Source: Candidatus Zhuqueibacterota bacterium
Lineage (GTDB): Bacteria; Zhuqueibacterota; Zhuqueibacteria; Thermofontimicrobiales; Thiofontviventaceae
Reading direction: 5' to 3'
Assembly (NCBI GenBank): GCA_016931935.1
Contig: JAFGDW010000090.1
Span: 199-64,198 of the forward strand
Length of the DNA stretch: 64,000 bases
Shown: in pieces, positions 30,601 to 41,774 of the stretch
Numbering within the stretch: the stretch's first letter is position 1
Layout: every line of letters begins with the position of its first letter
Position numbers and translations under genes: made by a program
Notes under the pieces: model-generated
Databases searched by the model: none
What the model was told of the DNA's origin: nothing
Seen by the model: the letters and a program-made list of their open reading frames with translations, nothing else

Positions 30601-31440
30601 GTCCTGATAAATTGTTTTAATTTGATTATTGCTGAGGCTATTTGGGTCATGTGGATTGTATTGATATCGTGTAAATTGTTGACTCTCGAAACTGAACCTG
30701 TTTAACCCCGCTGAACTGGTGCCAATCCACAGATTGCCAGTTTTATCGCTGAATATTATATGAATTTCATTGCCACTCACACTGTAAGGATTGCCTGGTT
30801 CATGCTTATAATGGCTAAATTTTCCGGTGTTCAGATCCAGACAGAATAGACCTTCGATTCCGCCTGTCCACAAATTTCCATATGCATCTTCGCAGATGGT
30901 GTTAATTTTGTTTACGTTTATTTCTCCCGGTAATAATTTAAAAAATGTGAAACGATCGTCGTCTGGATTGTAACGATACAATTTCCCGTCAAACGTCCCG
31001 ACCCACAGTCGATGTTTGGAATCTTCATAAATATCGCTCACACGATTGGTATTAATATTCTGTGGATCAATAGAATCGATCTGATAACGAATGAAATTTT
31101 CTTTCGAACGGTTAAAACGGTATAATTTACCGCTATATGTACATATCCACATCGTACCGCTATTCACTTCAATAATTTTTTTAATTGTATTGTCAGTAAT
31201 ACCGTTGGGATTATTGGGGTCGTATTTGTACTGTTTAAATGAATATCCGTCGAATCGATTAAGCCCTTCAAACGTGCCAAACCACATAAAACCTTTGCTA
31301 TCCTGAATAATTGATGTGATACCACTATTTGAAAGCCCATCCTCGTTGGTTATATGTTCGAATTTAATATTTTCATACGCTGAAAATACTTGATTCTGAA
31401 CACCAACAATTAAAGCAATTATATATACAATTCGCCGCAT
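27691..31440 (-). CDS. Hybrid sensor histidine kinase: propeller-Y_Y_Y-TM-HisKA-HATPase-REC (no PAS, one REC)
   Basis: Reg_prop repeats, [18 protein letters not shown], single REC. Confidence 0.92.
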   Translation of the reverse strand: MRRIVYIIALIVGVQNQVFSAYENIKFEHITNEDGLSNSGITSIIQDSKGFMWFGTFEGLNRFDGYSFKQYKYDPNNPNGITDNTIKKIIEVNSGTMWICTYSGKLYRFNRSKENFIRYQIDSIDPQNINTNRVSDIYEDSKHRLWVGTFDGKLYRYNPDDDRFTFFKLLPGEINVNKINTICEDAYGNLWTGGIEGLFCLDLNTGKFSHYKHEPGNPYSVSGNEIHIIFSDKTGNLWIGTSSAGLNRFSFESQQFTRYQYNPHDPNSLSNNQIKTIYQDRHGNLLIGTLGGGFNVFDQKTQHFTRIMRDPNDPNSLSHNYVRCIVEDRNGNLWVGTENGGVNKYYSRWRFFTTYSNRPYQTDCLSLSTVKAIVGDSSGAIWLGIKGGGLNRLCPNEYPRFKWFKNDQHNSKSIANDLVRYLYFDRHGMLWIATENGLDEFDPRTYEFTHYKLDPDNSYSLRENVIWSIYEDRQGDLWIGTYNKGIHQFDRKSGRFVHYEVDINNPYSISDNTIWAMLEDRKGNFWIATGFGGLNRFDREKGEFVHFRHNPDDPQSISDNKVLVLHEDKAGNFWLGTGNGLNKLMCQADGYLIFKNYQEKDGLANNTVQSILEDDHGNLWIGTNKGLSKFNPTKETFSNYYTTDGLISNEFFVNSCWKNIHTGEMYFGGPNGFQIFHPDSIRDDTYTPQIVFTDLKIFNEPVIIGDDANARLKKSITESDAITLNYSDKIFSIEFSALHYASPAENEYACKLEGFEDKWTYHNSSRRFVTYTNLDPGNYTLRVKASNNDGIWNEAAKSLAIKIIPPFWQTWWFRTIAMLIFLLTGLIFHFVRTYSIRRRNRELKTINNELHAAKELAESANNAKSRFLANISHEFRTPMNGIIGMTNLTLSTKLTEEQREFLNIVQRSANSLLDILNKVLSFTEIESSKLTLSKQTFDFHELVKNTTAFLLPQAQDKGLILTSTVDPHVPRFLYGDPDFIKQIILNVIRNSLKFTDAGEIALTAKRDQQGIVPHSEVPVHVTVSDTGVGIPDDKLEKIFEMFNQADNSFTRRHGGIGIGLTISKKLVEIMGGKIWIESNVETGTTLHFTINLDLVEQRMVDDVDDVTETVYSESSSFGLKILLAEDNIINQKVTVKLLEKWGHSVVVVENGKHAIESLKEQPFDLILMDIQMPEMDGLEATRLIRNSLSGEYDSHTPIVALTAHALKADKEKCFEAGMDDFLTKPIEEDVMQRMLNKYQKIKHTVNAHN

Positions 31441-31578
31441 AATCGTTCTCCGCCAACCATCACATTTAATTTATATCTTTCAATAACGCATTCATTTCAC
31501 ATGCAAAAAAATTTAATTTCTGTCGCGTGACATTTCTTTGCACCAAGTGCGCTGTTATTTTTATTTTGGTGCTTTCAT

Positions 31579-31628
31579 GTTCCCTTCGGCAAGCTCAGGG
31601 GACGTACGCCAAGCTTGTCGAAACGTAC
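31579..31628. repeat. Inverted pair of REP-like palindromes
   Basis: GTTCCC-TTCGGCAAGCTCA-GGGGAC followed by GTACGC-CAAGCTTGTCGAA-ACGTAC. The same core recurs at other intergenic sites. Confidence 0.7.
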
Positions 31629-31663
31629 ATTTTAAACTTGACATGACACTGGCTTTGTCGCAT

Positions 31664-34600
31664 TTATGTATTATGCACGACTTCAGCATTTTTGGCGATC
31701 CGCACTGCAAACGATTTGATAACAAGGAATGCTTCTTCCACATTCAGTGGTTTTGAAATATAGCCATCCATTCCTGCTTCCAGAAAGCGTTCCTTATCGC
31801 CTTTCATGGCATGCGCTGTCATGGCAATAATCGGAATTTTAGTGTTTATCCCGGGTGATGTTGAATTTCTGATTTCGTAAGTTGCCTGCATGCCGTCTTT
31901 AACGGGCATTTGGACATCCATTAAGACCAGATCGAAATCGTCATTCTCCAACATATTAATGGCTTCCTGGCCGTCGTTTACGATTGTAACACGATGCCCC
32001 CACTTTTTAAGCAGGCTTCGCGCTACTTTTTGATTGATTATATTATCTTCGGCCAGTAATATTCTGAGTGCCGGGACTGCTTCACCTATTGAATTGGTGA
32101 TCGCATTTTCTTCCGTTGGCTGGATTGCTAATCCCAACGTTTGTAAAATACTGTAGTATAAATCATCCTGCCTGATAGGTTTGTACAGAAAATCGCTGAC
32201 ACCAATCGCTCTGTAAGAATCCATACCATCTTTATAAACAACTGAACTCATCATGATAATTTTTATATTGCTCCACTCCGGTCGCGATCGTACGATTCTG
32301 GTGAACTCAAAGCCATCCATTTCGGGCATTTGATAATCGAGCAATATCAGTGAATACAAGTTACGATTTTCCTCAGCAGTTTTCAGTAATTTCAGTGCAT
32401 TCTTGCCACTCCACGCGATATCTGATGTGAATCCACACGAAGCCAGCATATCGCGCACAATAATGCAATTTGTATTGTTATCATCAACAATGAGCACAGG
32501 CATTTTCGCGCAATGCTGTAATTTATTTTTATAAACCAAACTTTCTTCGCGCCATCCCGATTTCAATAAAGCAGTAAAATGAAACGTACTGCCAGCGCCA
32601 ACCTGGCTTTCAACCCAAATTTCCCCACCCATTAATTCAGTCAACTTTTGTGAAATGGTAAGTCCTAAACCTGTGCCACCATATTTACGCGTCGTTGAAT
32701 TATCCGCCTGCGAAAATTTTTCAAATATTGTTCCCAATTTATTTTCGGGAATTCCAATACCAGTATCGGTAATCAGAAAATGTAAACAATTGACCAGTTC
32801 GTCATTATCAGGCTGAGATTGCTCTATTTGAACTCGCACGACGATCTCTCCCTTTTCAGTGAATTTAATGGCATTCCCAACTAAATTTACTATTATTTGT
32901 CTAAGTCTGTTTGGATCGCCCTTTAAAGCTACTGGTACATCGGGTTTAACATCACATAATAGTTCAAGCCCCTTTGAATGCGCTTGAACTGCCATTGTTG
33001 CCGTGACTGTCTCAACAATTTTTCGTAAATCAAAATCGGTTTCTTCCAATTCCAACCTGCCTGCCTCAATTTTGGAAAAATCAAGGATATCATTCAACAA
33101 GTCGAGCAGCGATTCTGCGGATTGTTTGGCGATCTGCAAATAGTCTCGCTGTTTCTTCGTTAATTCCGTATCGAGAGTCAGCTCGGTCATACCGATGATA
33201 CCATTCATCGGGGTTCGGATTTCGTGACTCATGTTTGCAAGGAATTCACTCTTTGAGCGATTCGCCGCTTCTGCCATTTCTTTTGCGGTCCGCAATTCAT
33301 CGTTTGTCGCTTCTAATTCGGCTGTGCGCTCATCTACCCGTTTCTTTAGCAACTTGTTGCCCTTGCGAATATTATAAGTCCGATATTGATAAAAGGAGAC
33401 GAGTAATAGTGAAACACTGATAAGGCCTGTAACACGAAACCACCATGTCTGCCAGATTGGTGGGGCAATATCAATTACAAGGACTTTCCCGGATTCATTC
33501 CATAATCCATCGCTGTTTGTCCCTTTTACATTGAATCTGTAGTGGCCGGAGTTTAAATTTGTGTAGGTTACAAACCGCCGATCATTAACATAATTCCAAT
33601 CCTTTTCGAATCCTTCCAACCTGTATGCATATTTATTATTCTCTGGCGAATTATAATTAAGAGCTGCATATTCGAATGAGAAAACACGATCTTTGTAGGA
33701 TAATGCCAGATGTTTCGTTTCTTCAATTGTTTTTTCCAGGATAGTACGACCATTCGTTTGCATTCCTGGATAGATCGATTTATTAAAAAGCTGAAAATCG
33801 GAAATAATCATCGGTGGGATATGTGGATCATTCTGAATTTCTTTAGGGTAAAAGGCATTAAAACCATTTACTCCCCCAAAATATAATTTCCCATGATCAT
33901 CTTTAAAACAGGCATTAACACTGAATTCACTGCTTTGTAATCCGTTATTTACCGTGTAAGTACGAATCGTTTTAGTTGCCCGCTCGAACCGGGACAAGCC
34001 ATTATTCGTGCTGATCCATAAGTTTCTGTTTTCATCTTCCAGTATACCATGAATGGTATTGCTCGCTAAGCCATCCTTGGTTGTGTAACAGTTAAATTGC
34101 CCTGTGGTCCGGTTGAAATGGTTGAGTCCGCGCGTTGTGCCTAACCATAAATCACCCCTATAATCTTCAAAGATTATAAGTACTTTATTATCGCTAATAC
34201 TGAATTCATTTGCCGGATCAGTAGTGTAATTGATAAATGTATAGCCCTGGTTTTCATGAGTTTCATTCTCGACACCTTCATCAAGCTCTGGTTCTGATGG
34301 AACCAGCCTATTCAAGCCACCATTATTTGTCCCAACCCAAATATCTCCCTGACGGTCCTGAAGAATCGACCAGATCGTATTGTCACTCACACTTTGTGGA
34401 TCATCGGGATCGTGGTTGTATTGTGTAAACGATTCTGTTTTCCGATCAAATTTATGTAAACCGGTTCCCCAGGTACCTGCCCAGACATTATCTGACCGAT
34501 CGACATAAATCGAAAACACATTGTCATCACTCAAGCTTCCGGGATTGGTCGGATCGTTCATATAATTTGTAAACTGTTCAGTTGCAGGATTAAACCGACT

Positions 34601-35953
34601 AATGCCATTATTGGTAGCAATCCAAAAATCCCCGGCCTGATCGATGCTTAAAGCACGAACCAAATTATTACAAATGCTGTTGGGATTATTCATATCGTTT
34701 TGGTAATAGGTATATTGACCGGTATTCAAATTTACTTTTTTCAATCCGCTTTCAAGCGTACCCAGCCAAAGGATATCATCATTCTGCTCCTTTGTCATAT
34801 AAATCGCTGTGATGATATTGCTGTTGGCCCCAAATTCATTTTCCGAATTAAGTGTATAGTGATGAAATTGCAGATTACGTTTGTTAAATTTATTCACCCC
34901 TCCGAAATCCGTTCCGATCCACAGCAAACCGGCACTGTCTTCATAAATGGAACAAATGGAATTATTACTCAAACTATTGGGATCATTCGGATCATTAAGA
35001 TAATGGATAAACGTTTCCGATTGACGATTCAACATGCTTAAGCCGCCACCATTCATACCGATCCAAATATTTCCTGCGATGTCTTCAAATACTGAACGGA
35101 CGACGTCGTGACGCAAACCAGTGGGATCATCGGGATTTGCCCGGAAGCGTTTCACTTCGTTTGTTTTCAGATCATATCGATATAAACCACTGCCCCAGGT
35201 GCCAATCCATAAAAATCCATCCCGGTCTTCGATCATGGTAATTTTTCGAAAATTAGTAACGTTGGGATCGATGTCTACTTTTATAAACTGTTCTTTTTTT
35301 CTGTCAAATCGGCTGATACCATCATCATTTCCAATCCAGATTGTTCCGTTGCTGTCTTTATAAATTGCAGTGACATTATCATTAAATAGACCATTTGGTT
35401 TGTCAGCGTTGGAACAATAGTGCCTAAAAAGTCCTTCGGGATTACTCCCTGTCCGCGTATCGTGTTCTGCATTAGGTTTTGAAAATATATTGATTCCGCC
35501 GCCATAGGTCGCAATCCACAATGCGCCATCCTGATCTTCAACAATCGATTGGATTCTGTCATTTGTCAACCCGTTGTCGACTCCCGGATTCGCATTGTAT
35601 ATGATAAAACAATCTTTGCCCCGATCAAATTTGCAGAGTCCGCTTTCGGTCCCAATCCACAACGTGGCATCCCGATCTTCATACATGACATTAATAATGT
35701 TATTACTTATCGTGCTCGGCTCTTTTGGATCATTTTTGTAGATTTTAAAATTATAACCATCGTATCGGTTCAGGCCATCATATGTTCCGAACCACATAAA
35801 CCCCTTACTGTCCTGGAAGATAGAGATGACGGAACTCTGAGACAAACCCTGATCTTTCGATATCCGCTGAAAACGGATATTTTCATTCAATCCGTACAGG
35901 TCAAGACATCGAGAAATGAAAAATAGTATGAGAATAATTTTTGTTTTCATCAT
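31664..35953 (-). CDS. Hybrid sensor histidine kinase: propeller-Y_Y_Y-TM-HisKA-HATPase-REC-REC (no PAS)
   Basis: Reg_prop repeats, [13 protein letters not shown], two REC. Confidence 0.93.
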   Translation of the reverse strand: MMKTKIILILFFISRCLDLYGLNENIRFQRISKDQGLSQSSVISIFQDSKGFMWFGTYDGLNRYDGYNFKIYKNDPKEPSTISNNIINVMYEDRDATLWIGTESGLCKFDRGKDCFIIYNANPGVDNGLTNDRIQSIVEDQDGALWIATYGGGINIFSKPNAEHDTRTGSNPEGLFRHYCSNADKPNGLFNDNVTAIYKDSNGTIWIGNDDGISRFDRKKEQFIKVDIDPNVTNFRKITMIEDRDGFLWIGTWGSGLYRYDLKTNEVKRFRANPDDPTGLRHDVVRSVFEDIAGNIWIGMNGGGLSMLNRQSETFIHYLNDPNDPNSLSNNSICSIYEDSAGLLWIGTDFGGVNKFNKRNLQFHHYTLNSENEFGANSNIITAIYMTKEQNDDILWLGTLESGLKKVNLNTGQYTYYQNDMNNPNSICNNLVRALSIDQAGDFWIATNNGISRFNPATEQFTNYMNDPTNPGSLSDDNVFSIYVDRSDNVWAGTWGTGLHKFDRKTESFTQYNHDPDDPQSVSDNTIWSILQDRQGDIWVGTNNGGLNRLVPSEPELDEGVENETHENQGYTFINYTTDPANEFSISDNKVLIIFEDYRGDLWLGTTRGLNHFNRTTGQFNCYTTKDGLASNTIHGILEDENRNLWISTNNGLSRFERATKTIRTYTVNNGLQSSEFSVNACFKDDHGKLYFGGVNGFNAFYPKEIQNDPHIPPMIISDFQLFNKSIYPGMQTNGRTILEKTIEETKHLALSYKDRVFSFEYAALNYNSPENNKYAYRLEGFEKDWNYVNDRRFVTYTNLNSGHYRFNVKGTNSDGLWNESGKVLVIDIAPPIWQTWWFRVTGLISVSLLLVSFYQYRTYNIRKGNKLLKKRVDERTAELEATNDELRTAKEMAEAANRSKSEFLANMSHEIRTPMNGIIGMTELTLDTELTKKQRDYLQIAKQSAESLLDLLNDILDFSKIEAGRLELEETDFDLRKIVETVTATMAVQAHSKGLELLCDVKPDVPVALKGDPNRLRQIIVNLVGNAIKFTEKGEIVVRVQIEQSQPDNDELVNCLHFLITDTGIGIPENKLGTIFEKFSQADNSTTRKYGGTGLGLTISQKLTELMGGEIWVESQVGAGSTFHFTALLKSGWREESLVYKNKLQHCAKMPVLIVDDNNTNCIIVRDMLASCGFTSDIAWSGKNALKLLKTAEENRNLYSLILLDYQMPEMDGFEFTRIVRSRPEWSNIKIIMMSSVVYKDGMDSYRAIGVSDFLYKPIRQDDLYYSILQTLGLAIQPTEENAITNSIGEAVPALRILLAEDNIINQKVARSLLKKWGHRVTIVNDGQEAINMLENDDFDLVLMDVQMPVKDGMQATYEIRNSTSPGINTKIPIIAMTAHAMKGDKERFLEAGMDGYISKPLNVEEAFLVIKSFAVRIAKNAEVVHNT

Positions 35954-36135
35954 AGGCTATAATTAAAAAATAGTTGATAAAATTATAATGTAAATTATAT
36001 AAAATTTACCTATTCAGGCATCCTGCCAATTGACAGCTGCGATGTTCTATCACGAGATTCACGTACTGCTATAATTAGTTTTTTAGTAAACGATCTATCA
36101 ATGGAACAGGCAAAACTATTTAGGGCAAAATTATT

Positions 36136-36293
36136 GTATCCTTTCAATATTGGTTGGTTCTGTTGACTTCGACACGCTCAGTCAACGGTATGTTCCGTAC
36201 CCTGAGCTTGCCGTCTCGCAACGGCGTGCCGCCGCAGTTCGCGGCACGAACGGTGCCGAAGGGTACTCTCTCCATCATTTATTGAACAGATAC
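36136..36293. mobile_element. MITE family A, copy 1
   Basis: TIRs GTATCCTTTCAATA / TATTGAACAGATAC. Exact 8-bp TSD AAATTATT. Homologous to 41400-41535. Confidence 0.85.
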
Positions 36294-36629
36294 AAATTAT
36301 TTTTAAGTAAACACTATTCAGATATGAGTTGTGAACTCCTCTCGGAAATTATTTTTAATTATTTTGCCCTTAATTTGTTTGCCATCATTTTGCATCCGCT
36401 CAATATTTTCCGGCTTTGTTGGCCCACCGCGGTGAGCCCAGCCTACATTCCTTGTCTCGTAGTATTGAAGCGGGAAAAACGAAACACTTGAACAACTTTA
36501 TAAATTTGATATGCCCTCAATTCGTGTGCAATGTTAAGTGTTAACCTCCGTATTTATCAGAAGGTGACATTCACTGTAATTTTTTTATACTCCCGACTCA
36601 GCACGTACTATGTATTTTCGTTCAGACAG

Positions 36630-39600
36630 CTACACATTTCGCATGGCGACCGGAACATACTTTTTCAGCATTTGCATCACTTCATTTATGTCGATGGGTT
36701 TGGAAATATAATCATCCATTCCTGCATTAAGAAATGATTCCTTATCGTCTTTCATTGCATGCGCCGTCATTGCAATAATCGGTATTCCGGAATTTGATAA
36801 AAATTCATCGCTTTTCCGGATTATGCGTGTGGCTTCTACACCATCCATGTTCGGCATTTGAACATCCATAAGTATTAAATCAAATTGTTTCTGTTTTAGG
36901 ATTTCAATAGCTTCTTTTCCATCATTGGCAACTGTCACCTGGTGTCCCCATTTTTTCAAAAAGTTGATTGCAACTTTCTGATTAATGATATTATCTTCTG
37001 CCAACAATATCTTCAACGATGGATTTTCAACTTTACTTGATCCTTCCGCGGCTTCATAACCATCGACTTCATCCACCTTGCCAAGTGTCAACAATATTGT
37101 TTGAATCAAATCGTCCTGACGTACCGGTTTTTGTAAATAGTTATTTATACCAATATTTTTACTGCGCTCAAGATAGCCTTTTTCATTTATCGAACTCATC
37201 ATAACGATTTTCACGTCGTCCCAGGCGTGATTCGCACGGATTTTTTCTGCAATCTCAAATCCATCCATCTCCGGCATTTTTAAATCAAGCAAGATTAACG
37301 AAAACAATTTCTTGTTATCGGAATCGTCACTCATTTTATTCAACGCTTGACTGCCACCCATTGCAATTACCGGATCAAATCCCCATGAAATTAATACATC
37401 ACGTAAAATGATGCAGTTTGTATTATTATCATCGACAATCAGCACGCGCGGCGCTTCCATTTCATGGAACCAATTTCGATAAACCGGTGATTCTTCATCG
37501 GAACCAGGATGAAAAATTCCGGTAAATTGGAACACGCTCCCTTTTCCAACTTCACTTTCAACCCAAATACGCCCCCCCATTAATTCAGATAGTTTTTGTG
37601 AGATCGTAAGTCCAAGGCCAGTACCACCATACTTTCGAGTGGTCGAGACATCAGCCTGGGAGAAACTTTCAAAAATTTTATCGAGCTTGTCGGCTGGGAT
37701 ACCAATTCCCGTATCAGAAACAGAAAAGTGAAGCCCTATCTGATCCGGGTTTGATGCTTTAAAAAATGAGTCGAAATCCACACGAACGATTATTTCACCT
37801 TTTTCCGTAAACTTAAGGGCATTCCCGACAAGGTTGACAATTATTTGGCGCAAACGTCCGGAATCTCCCCGCACTGAAACAGGAACATCATTTTTAATAT
37901 CACATAACAGTTCAACGCCCTTTGTATGCGCCTGAATAGCGAAAGTGGTCAGTGCAGTTTCGATGACATTACGCAGATTGAAATCAACTTCTTCCAACTC
38001 CAGTTTTCCGGCTTCAATCTTCGAAAAATCAAGAATATCGTTTAACAGGTCAAGTAGTGATTCCGCCGATCGTTTCGCAATATTCAAATAGTCGCGTTGC
38101 TGTTTATTGGGGGCTAAATCCAGCGCCAATTCGGTCATGCCAATAATACCGTTCATGGGTGTGCGAATTTCATGACTCATATTAGCCAGAAATTCACTTT
38201 TTGACTGACTTGCAGCTTCAGCATCGAGCTTGGCCTTCTTTAATTTAGCCTCAAATCGTTTGCGTTCATTAATGTTACGTGAAATGCCAACAATCCCCTG
38301 GACGTTTCCATGACTATCCAATATCCGCACTTTAGAGGTTGACACCCAGTTTTCCAGTCTGGAAATCGGATCAATCGCCTTTTCATCTTTATTTAAAATC
38401 GCTTGCCCTGTTTCCATTATTCGCTTTTCATCATGATGAAATTCATTAACAAATTCGGGCGGAAAGAAATCCATATCTGTTTTACCAACCAAATCATGTT
38501 GATCTTTCATTCCTAACGATCGTATATGAGTGAGATTGTTAAGCAGGAATTTGTTCTCCTTATCTTTCATGTAAATAGAATCCGGCACCATATCGATAAC
38601 TGTCTGCAGGACATTTTTTTCATTTGCCAACTGCTGAGTGCGTCGCTCAATAATTTTTTCCAAATGTTTATTATGTTGTTTTACGGTATACATTCTAAGG
38701 AGATGAGCAATGAAAAATGATATCAGCAAAACAAATATAATTATGGAACGGAACCACCATGTTGCCCAGTATGGCGGTGTAATCACAATCTTAATTGCCG
38801 CCCCGGTTTCATTCCAGATTCCGTCGTTATTTGATGCCTTAACATTAAACGTATAAGTCCCTGGATTTATATTCGTATAGGTTGCTTCCCGTTTCGCTCC
38901 GACATAATTCCAGTTTTTATCAAAGCCTTCCATTCTATAGGCATATTCATTCTTTTCAGGATTGATGAAATTCAACGCAACCCACTTAAAACTAAGCATC
39001 TTCTGATTATGCGACAATTTTAGTTGTTGAGTAAAACGAATATGTTGTGGGAGTACGGATTGCGCATTATCGTTGGTAATCGGAACAGATTTATTTAGTA
39101 ACAGAAAATCCGAAAGGTACACAGCAGGCGGTTCCGTATTCGACCGTATGCTGTCTGGATTGAATTGAATAATCCCGTTGACTCCTCCAAAAAGTAATTC
39201 TCCGGCTTTACTTTTAAAGCATGAATTCTCAAAAAATTCAGCTATGTCCAATCCATCATCCAAATCAAAATTTTTGAAGTGTTGAGTATTAAGGTTCAAT
39301 CGAGATAGACCTTCTTTTGTACTGATCCATAAATTGTCATTATTATCTTCAAGCAAAGCACAAATATAATTGCTGATTATGCCATTGTTTTTATAATAGT
39401 GAACAAACGCATCTCGTTGTCGATCGTATTTATTAAGTCCATCCGATGTACCAATCCAAACATTGTGGCGGGAATCTTCATAAAGCGTAATGATATAGTT
39501 ATTACTGATCGAAGCTGAATCATTTGGATCAAAAAAGTAGCTGGTGAATGAATTTTCATTATCTAATCTGGACAATCCTGCCACAGTAGCAATCCAGATG

Positions 39601-41120
39601 CTGCCATCACTGGTAGCATAAATATGAAATCCCCATTCACTCGCCATTGCATGGGGGTCGTCGTGAATTGATTTGTAGGTTATAAACGTTTCATCCTCTT
39701 TATTAAACCGGCTGATTCCGGTGCCATGTGTGACAATCCATAGATTACCATTTTGGTCTTCCGTAATGGAACGAACGTCGTACCCCGGAATACTCTTTTT
39801 GTTACGAGGACTGGGTTCATAATTTTTGAAACGATTTTCCGATTTAATGAACCGCTGTAATCCGCCATCATAACTTCCGACCCATATTTCACCATCGCTA
39901 TCACAGAAAATTTCAAAGACACTTCCACGTTTCAAATCCTTGTTTCCATCCCCGGGTGCAAAATATTTTACAGTACCATTTTTCCGATTGACGACGTTGA
40001 TACCACCGCTATAATAACCAATCCATAAGTTACCATCATGATCTCCCGTAATCGCAGACACTGTGCCGGAAATTGCATCTGTTTTTTCGGGTGGCGTATA
40101 TTTAATGTGCTTGAATGATTGCTGATTCTTCGTCAAGCTTATACCGCCAAAGTTCATTCCCAGCCAGATATTCTCCTGTCGGTCCTGATAAATGGTATTT
40201 ATCGCAATGCCGGAAAGCGATGATTCATTACGAATGTCATGCACATATTGTTGAAAGGATAAATCTTGTTGATTGTAAATTCGCAATCTATCTATATCAC
40301 TCACCCAAACATGGCTATCTTTATCCTGGAAGATAGTCTTTATATAACCAGTACTCGATTTAACGGATTGAAATTTTAACGATGTTTTATCAATAATAAA
40401 AATACCATTCTCTCTTGTACCAACCCAAATAGCTTTGTCATTTTCCATCAACGTCGTAATTGAATAATTTTTCCAGCCACTGTCGGGGATATATGGCGAG
40501 AGCTTATGCTCCTGGAAGGAATAAACAAATAATCCATCTTTGCCGCCTATCCAGAGATTTTCATTTTCATCCTGAAGTATATATTCAACATGTATTTTTA
40601 AATCGACGACAAATTTAAATACCTGATTATCCCGATTCAGTGTATACAGTACCCCACGATCGTTAATCACAAACAATGTACCGTTGCGATTTTCAAAAAA
40701 GCCACGAATATCGGATAAATGGCCGCTGTCATCAGCTTGACGGATATAATTTGTAAAATTATCATTTTTGGGATTGTATTTGCTGATGCCATCCTGAGTG
40801 CCAATCCATAGCTCCGAGCATAAAGAGTAGTACAGAATATTTATATAATTATGTAAAATGCTGGTGGTATCCCGATGGCTTCTACGATAGATTTGAAAAT
40901 TATAGCCATTAAATTTATTCAACCCATTTGTTGTGGCAATCCACACAAATCCTTCGGCATCCTGCTGGATATCGGTCACAATACTGTTGGACAATCCATC
41001 GGCGGTGCCGTAATGCTTAAATTTAAGATTGCTAACATCAATCGCACCCAATGATGTGCTGTTGTAAACAACCAGAACAATCAAGGCTAATAATTTGGCA
41101 ATCTGCTTCATGAACCACAA
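36630..41120 (-). CDS. Hybrid sensor histidine kinase: propeller-Y_Y_Y-TM-PAS-HisKA-HATPase-REC-REC
   Basis: Same motif set. [10 protein letters not shown]. Confidence 0.93.
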   Translation of the reverse strand: MWFMKQIAKLLALIVLVVYNSTSLGAIDVSNLKFKHYGTADGLSNSIVTDIQQDAEGFVWIATTNGLNKFNGYNFQIYRRSHRDTTSILHNYINILYYSLCSELWIGTQDGISKYNPKNDNFTNYIRQADDSGHLSDIRGFFENRNGTLFVINDRGVLYTLNRDNQVFKFVVDLKIHVEYILQDENENLWIGGKDGLFVYSFQEHKLSPYIPDSGWKNYSITTLMENDKAIWVGTRENGIFIIDKTSLKFQSVKSSTGYIKTIFQDKDSHVWVSDIDRLRIYNQQDLSFQQYVHDIRNESSLSGIAINTIYQDRQENIWLGMNFGGISLTKNQQSFKHIKYTPPEKTDAISGTVSAITGDHDGNLWIGYYSGGINVVNRKNGTVKYFAPGDGNKDLKRGSVFEIFCDSDGEIWVGSYDGGLQRFIKSENRFKNYEPSPRNKKSIPGYDVRSITEDQNGNLWIVTHGTGISRFNKEDETFITYKSIHDDPHAMASEWGFHIYATSDGSIWIATVAGLSRLDNENSFTSYFFDPNDSASISNNYIITLYEDSRHNVWIGTSDGLNKYDRQRDAFVHYYKNNGIISNYICALLEDNNDNLWISTKEGLSRLNLNTQHFKNFDLDDGLDIAEFFENSCFKSKAGELLFGGVNGIIQFNPDSIRSNTEPPAVYLSDFLLLNKSVPITNDNAQSVLPQHIRFTQQLKLSHNQKMLSFKWVALNFINPEKNEYAYRMEGFDKNWNYVGAKREATYTNINPGTYTFNVKASNNDGIWNETGAAIKIVITPPYWATWWFRSIIIFVLLISFFIAHLLRMYTVKQHNKHLEKIIERRTQQLANEKNVLQTVIDMVPDSIYMKDKENKFLLNNLTHIRSLGMKDQHDLVGKTDMDFFPPEFVNEFHHDEKRIMETGQAILNKDEKAIDPISRLENWVSTSKVRILDSHGNVQGIVGISRNINERKRFEAKLKKAKLDAEAASQSKSEFLANMSHEIRTPMNGIIGMTELALDLAPNKQQRDYLNIAKRSAESLLDLLNDILDFSKIEAGKLELEEVDFNLRNVIETALTTFAIQAHTKGVELLCDIKNDVPVSVRGDSGRLRQIIVNLVGNALKFTEKGEIIVRVDFDSFFKASNPDQIGLHFSVSDTGIGIPADKLDKIFESFSQADVSTTRKYGGTGLGLTISQKLSELMGGRIWVESEVGKGSVFQFTGIFHPGSDEESPVYRNWFHEMEAPRVLIVDDNNTNCIILRDVLISWGFDPVIAMGGSQALNKMSDDSDNKKLFSLILLDLKMPEMDGFEIAEKIRANHAWDDVKIVMMSSINEKGYLERSKNIGINNYLQKPVRQDDLIQTILLTLGKVDEVDGYEAAEGSSKVENPSLKILLAEDNIINQKVAINFLKKWGHQVTVANDGKEAIEILKQKQFDLILMDVQMPNMDGVEATRIIRKSDEFLSNSGIPIIAMTAHAMKDDKESFLNAGMDDYISKPIDINEVMQMLKKYVPVAMRNV

Positions 41121-41399
41121 CTCCAGACAAAATCATATAAAACAATTGCAATAATTGAATTCGGGGGTATATAATAATTCTATTCTATTTATCGGTTTGA
41201 CTTAAAAATTATCCAGACCTATCGTACAAGATTTTTTAAATTTCATCTGTATTTCGGTGCATGTATGCGATTCAAAATAGATCCGCATTTTTCCAGATTC
41301 GATTTATCAGTGCAGAATTTAATTTTGGGATAACCAATTTGTGAAGACTGTTGAAGGACTATATAAACTTGACTTTTGAGGATGTGAATAATATTAATT

Positions 41400-41535
41400 G
41401 TATCCTTTCGATATTGGATGGTTGTGTTGACTTCGACAAGCTCAGTCAACTGTATGTCCCGTACCCTGAGCTTGCCGTCTCGCAGCACGAACGGTGGTCG
41501 AAGGGTACAGCCACCATCATTTATTGAATGGATAC
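41400..41535. mobile_element. MITE family A, copy 2
   Basis: TIRs GTATCCTTTCGATA / TATTGAATGGATAC. Degenerate 8-bp TSD TATTAATT / TATTATGT. Internal sequence nearly identical to copy 1 but about 22 bp shorter. Confidence 0.8.
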
Positions 41536-41774
41536 TATTATGTCCACACCCTTAAAAAAATGTGAAACACTGTACTAAGCTCTTATATTAGGCGTTGAAT
41601 CCTTATGTAATTATCGGATTATTCAATGAAGTTGAAATTAGTATCTGAGAAGTTTTTTCTGCCATATTTCCACCCTAGCGGATTTTCAATTGGCAGAAAA
41701 TTCAAAAGCATTTTGGACAGGATAACTGGTGGAAATCCATATAATCCTGTTAATTTCTATTGCTTGGTTCTGGT

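Noticed and set aside
36014..36030. Sigma54-like TTGGCAGGATGCCTGAA upstream of the kinase at 35953
   Set aside because: The -12 element is GA, not the required GC.
36108..36135. GGCAAA motifs resembling a c-di-GMP-I riboswitch
   Set aside because: Wrong strand for the downstream gene, with no GNRA hairpin or GACGCAAA element.
36150..36491. 113-aa ORF, and the 81-aa ORF at 41243-41488
   Set aside because: Both run through MITE/REP sequence and show no protein motifs.
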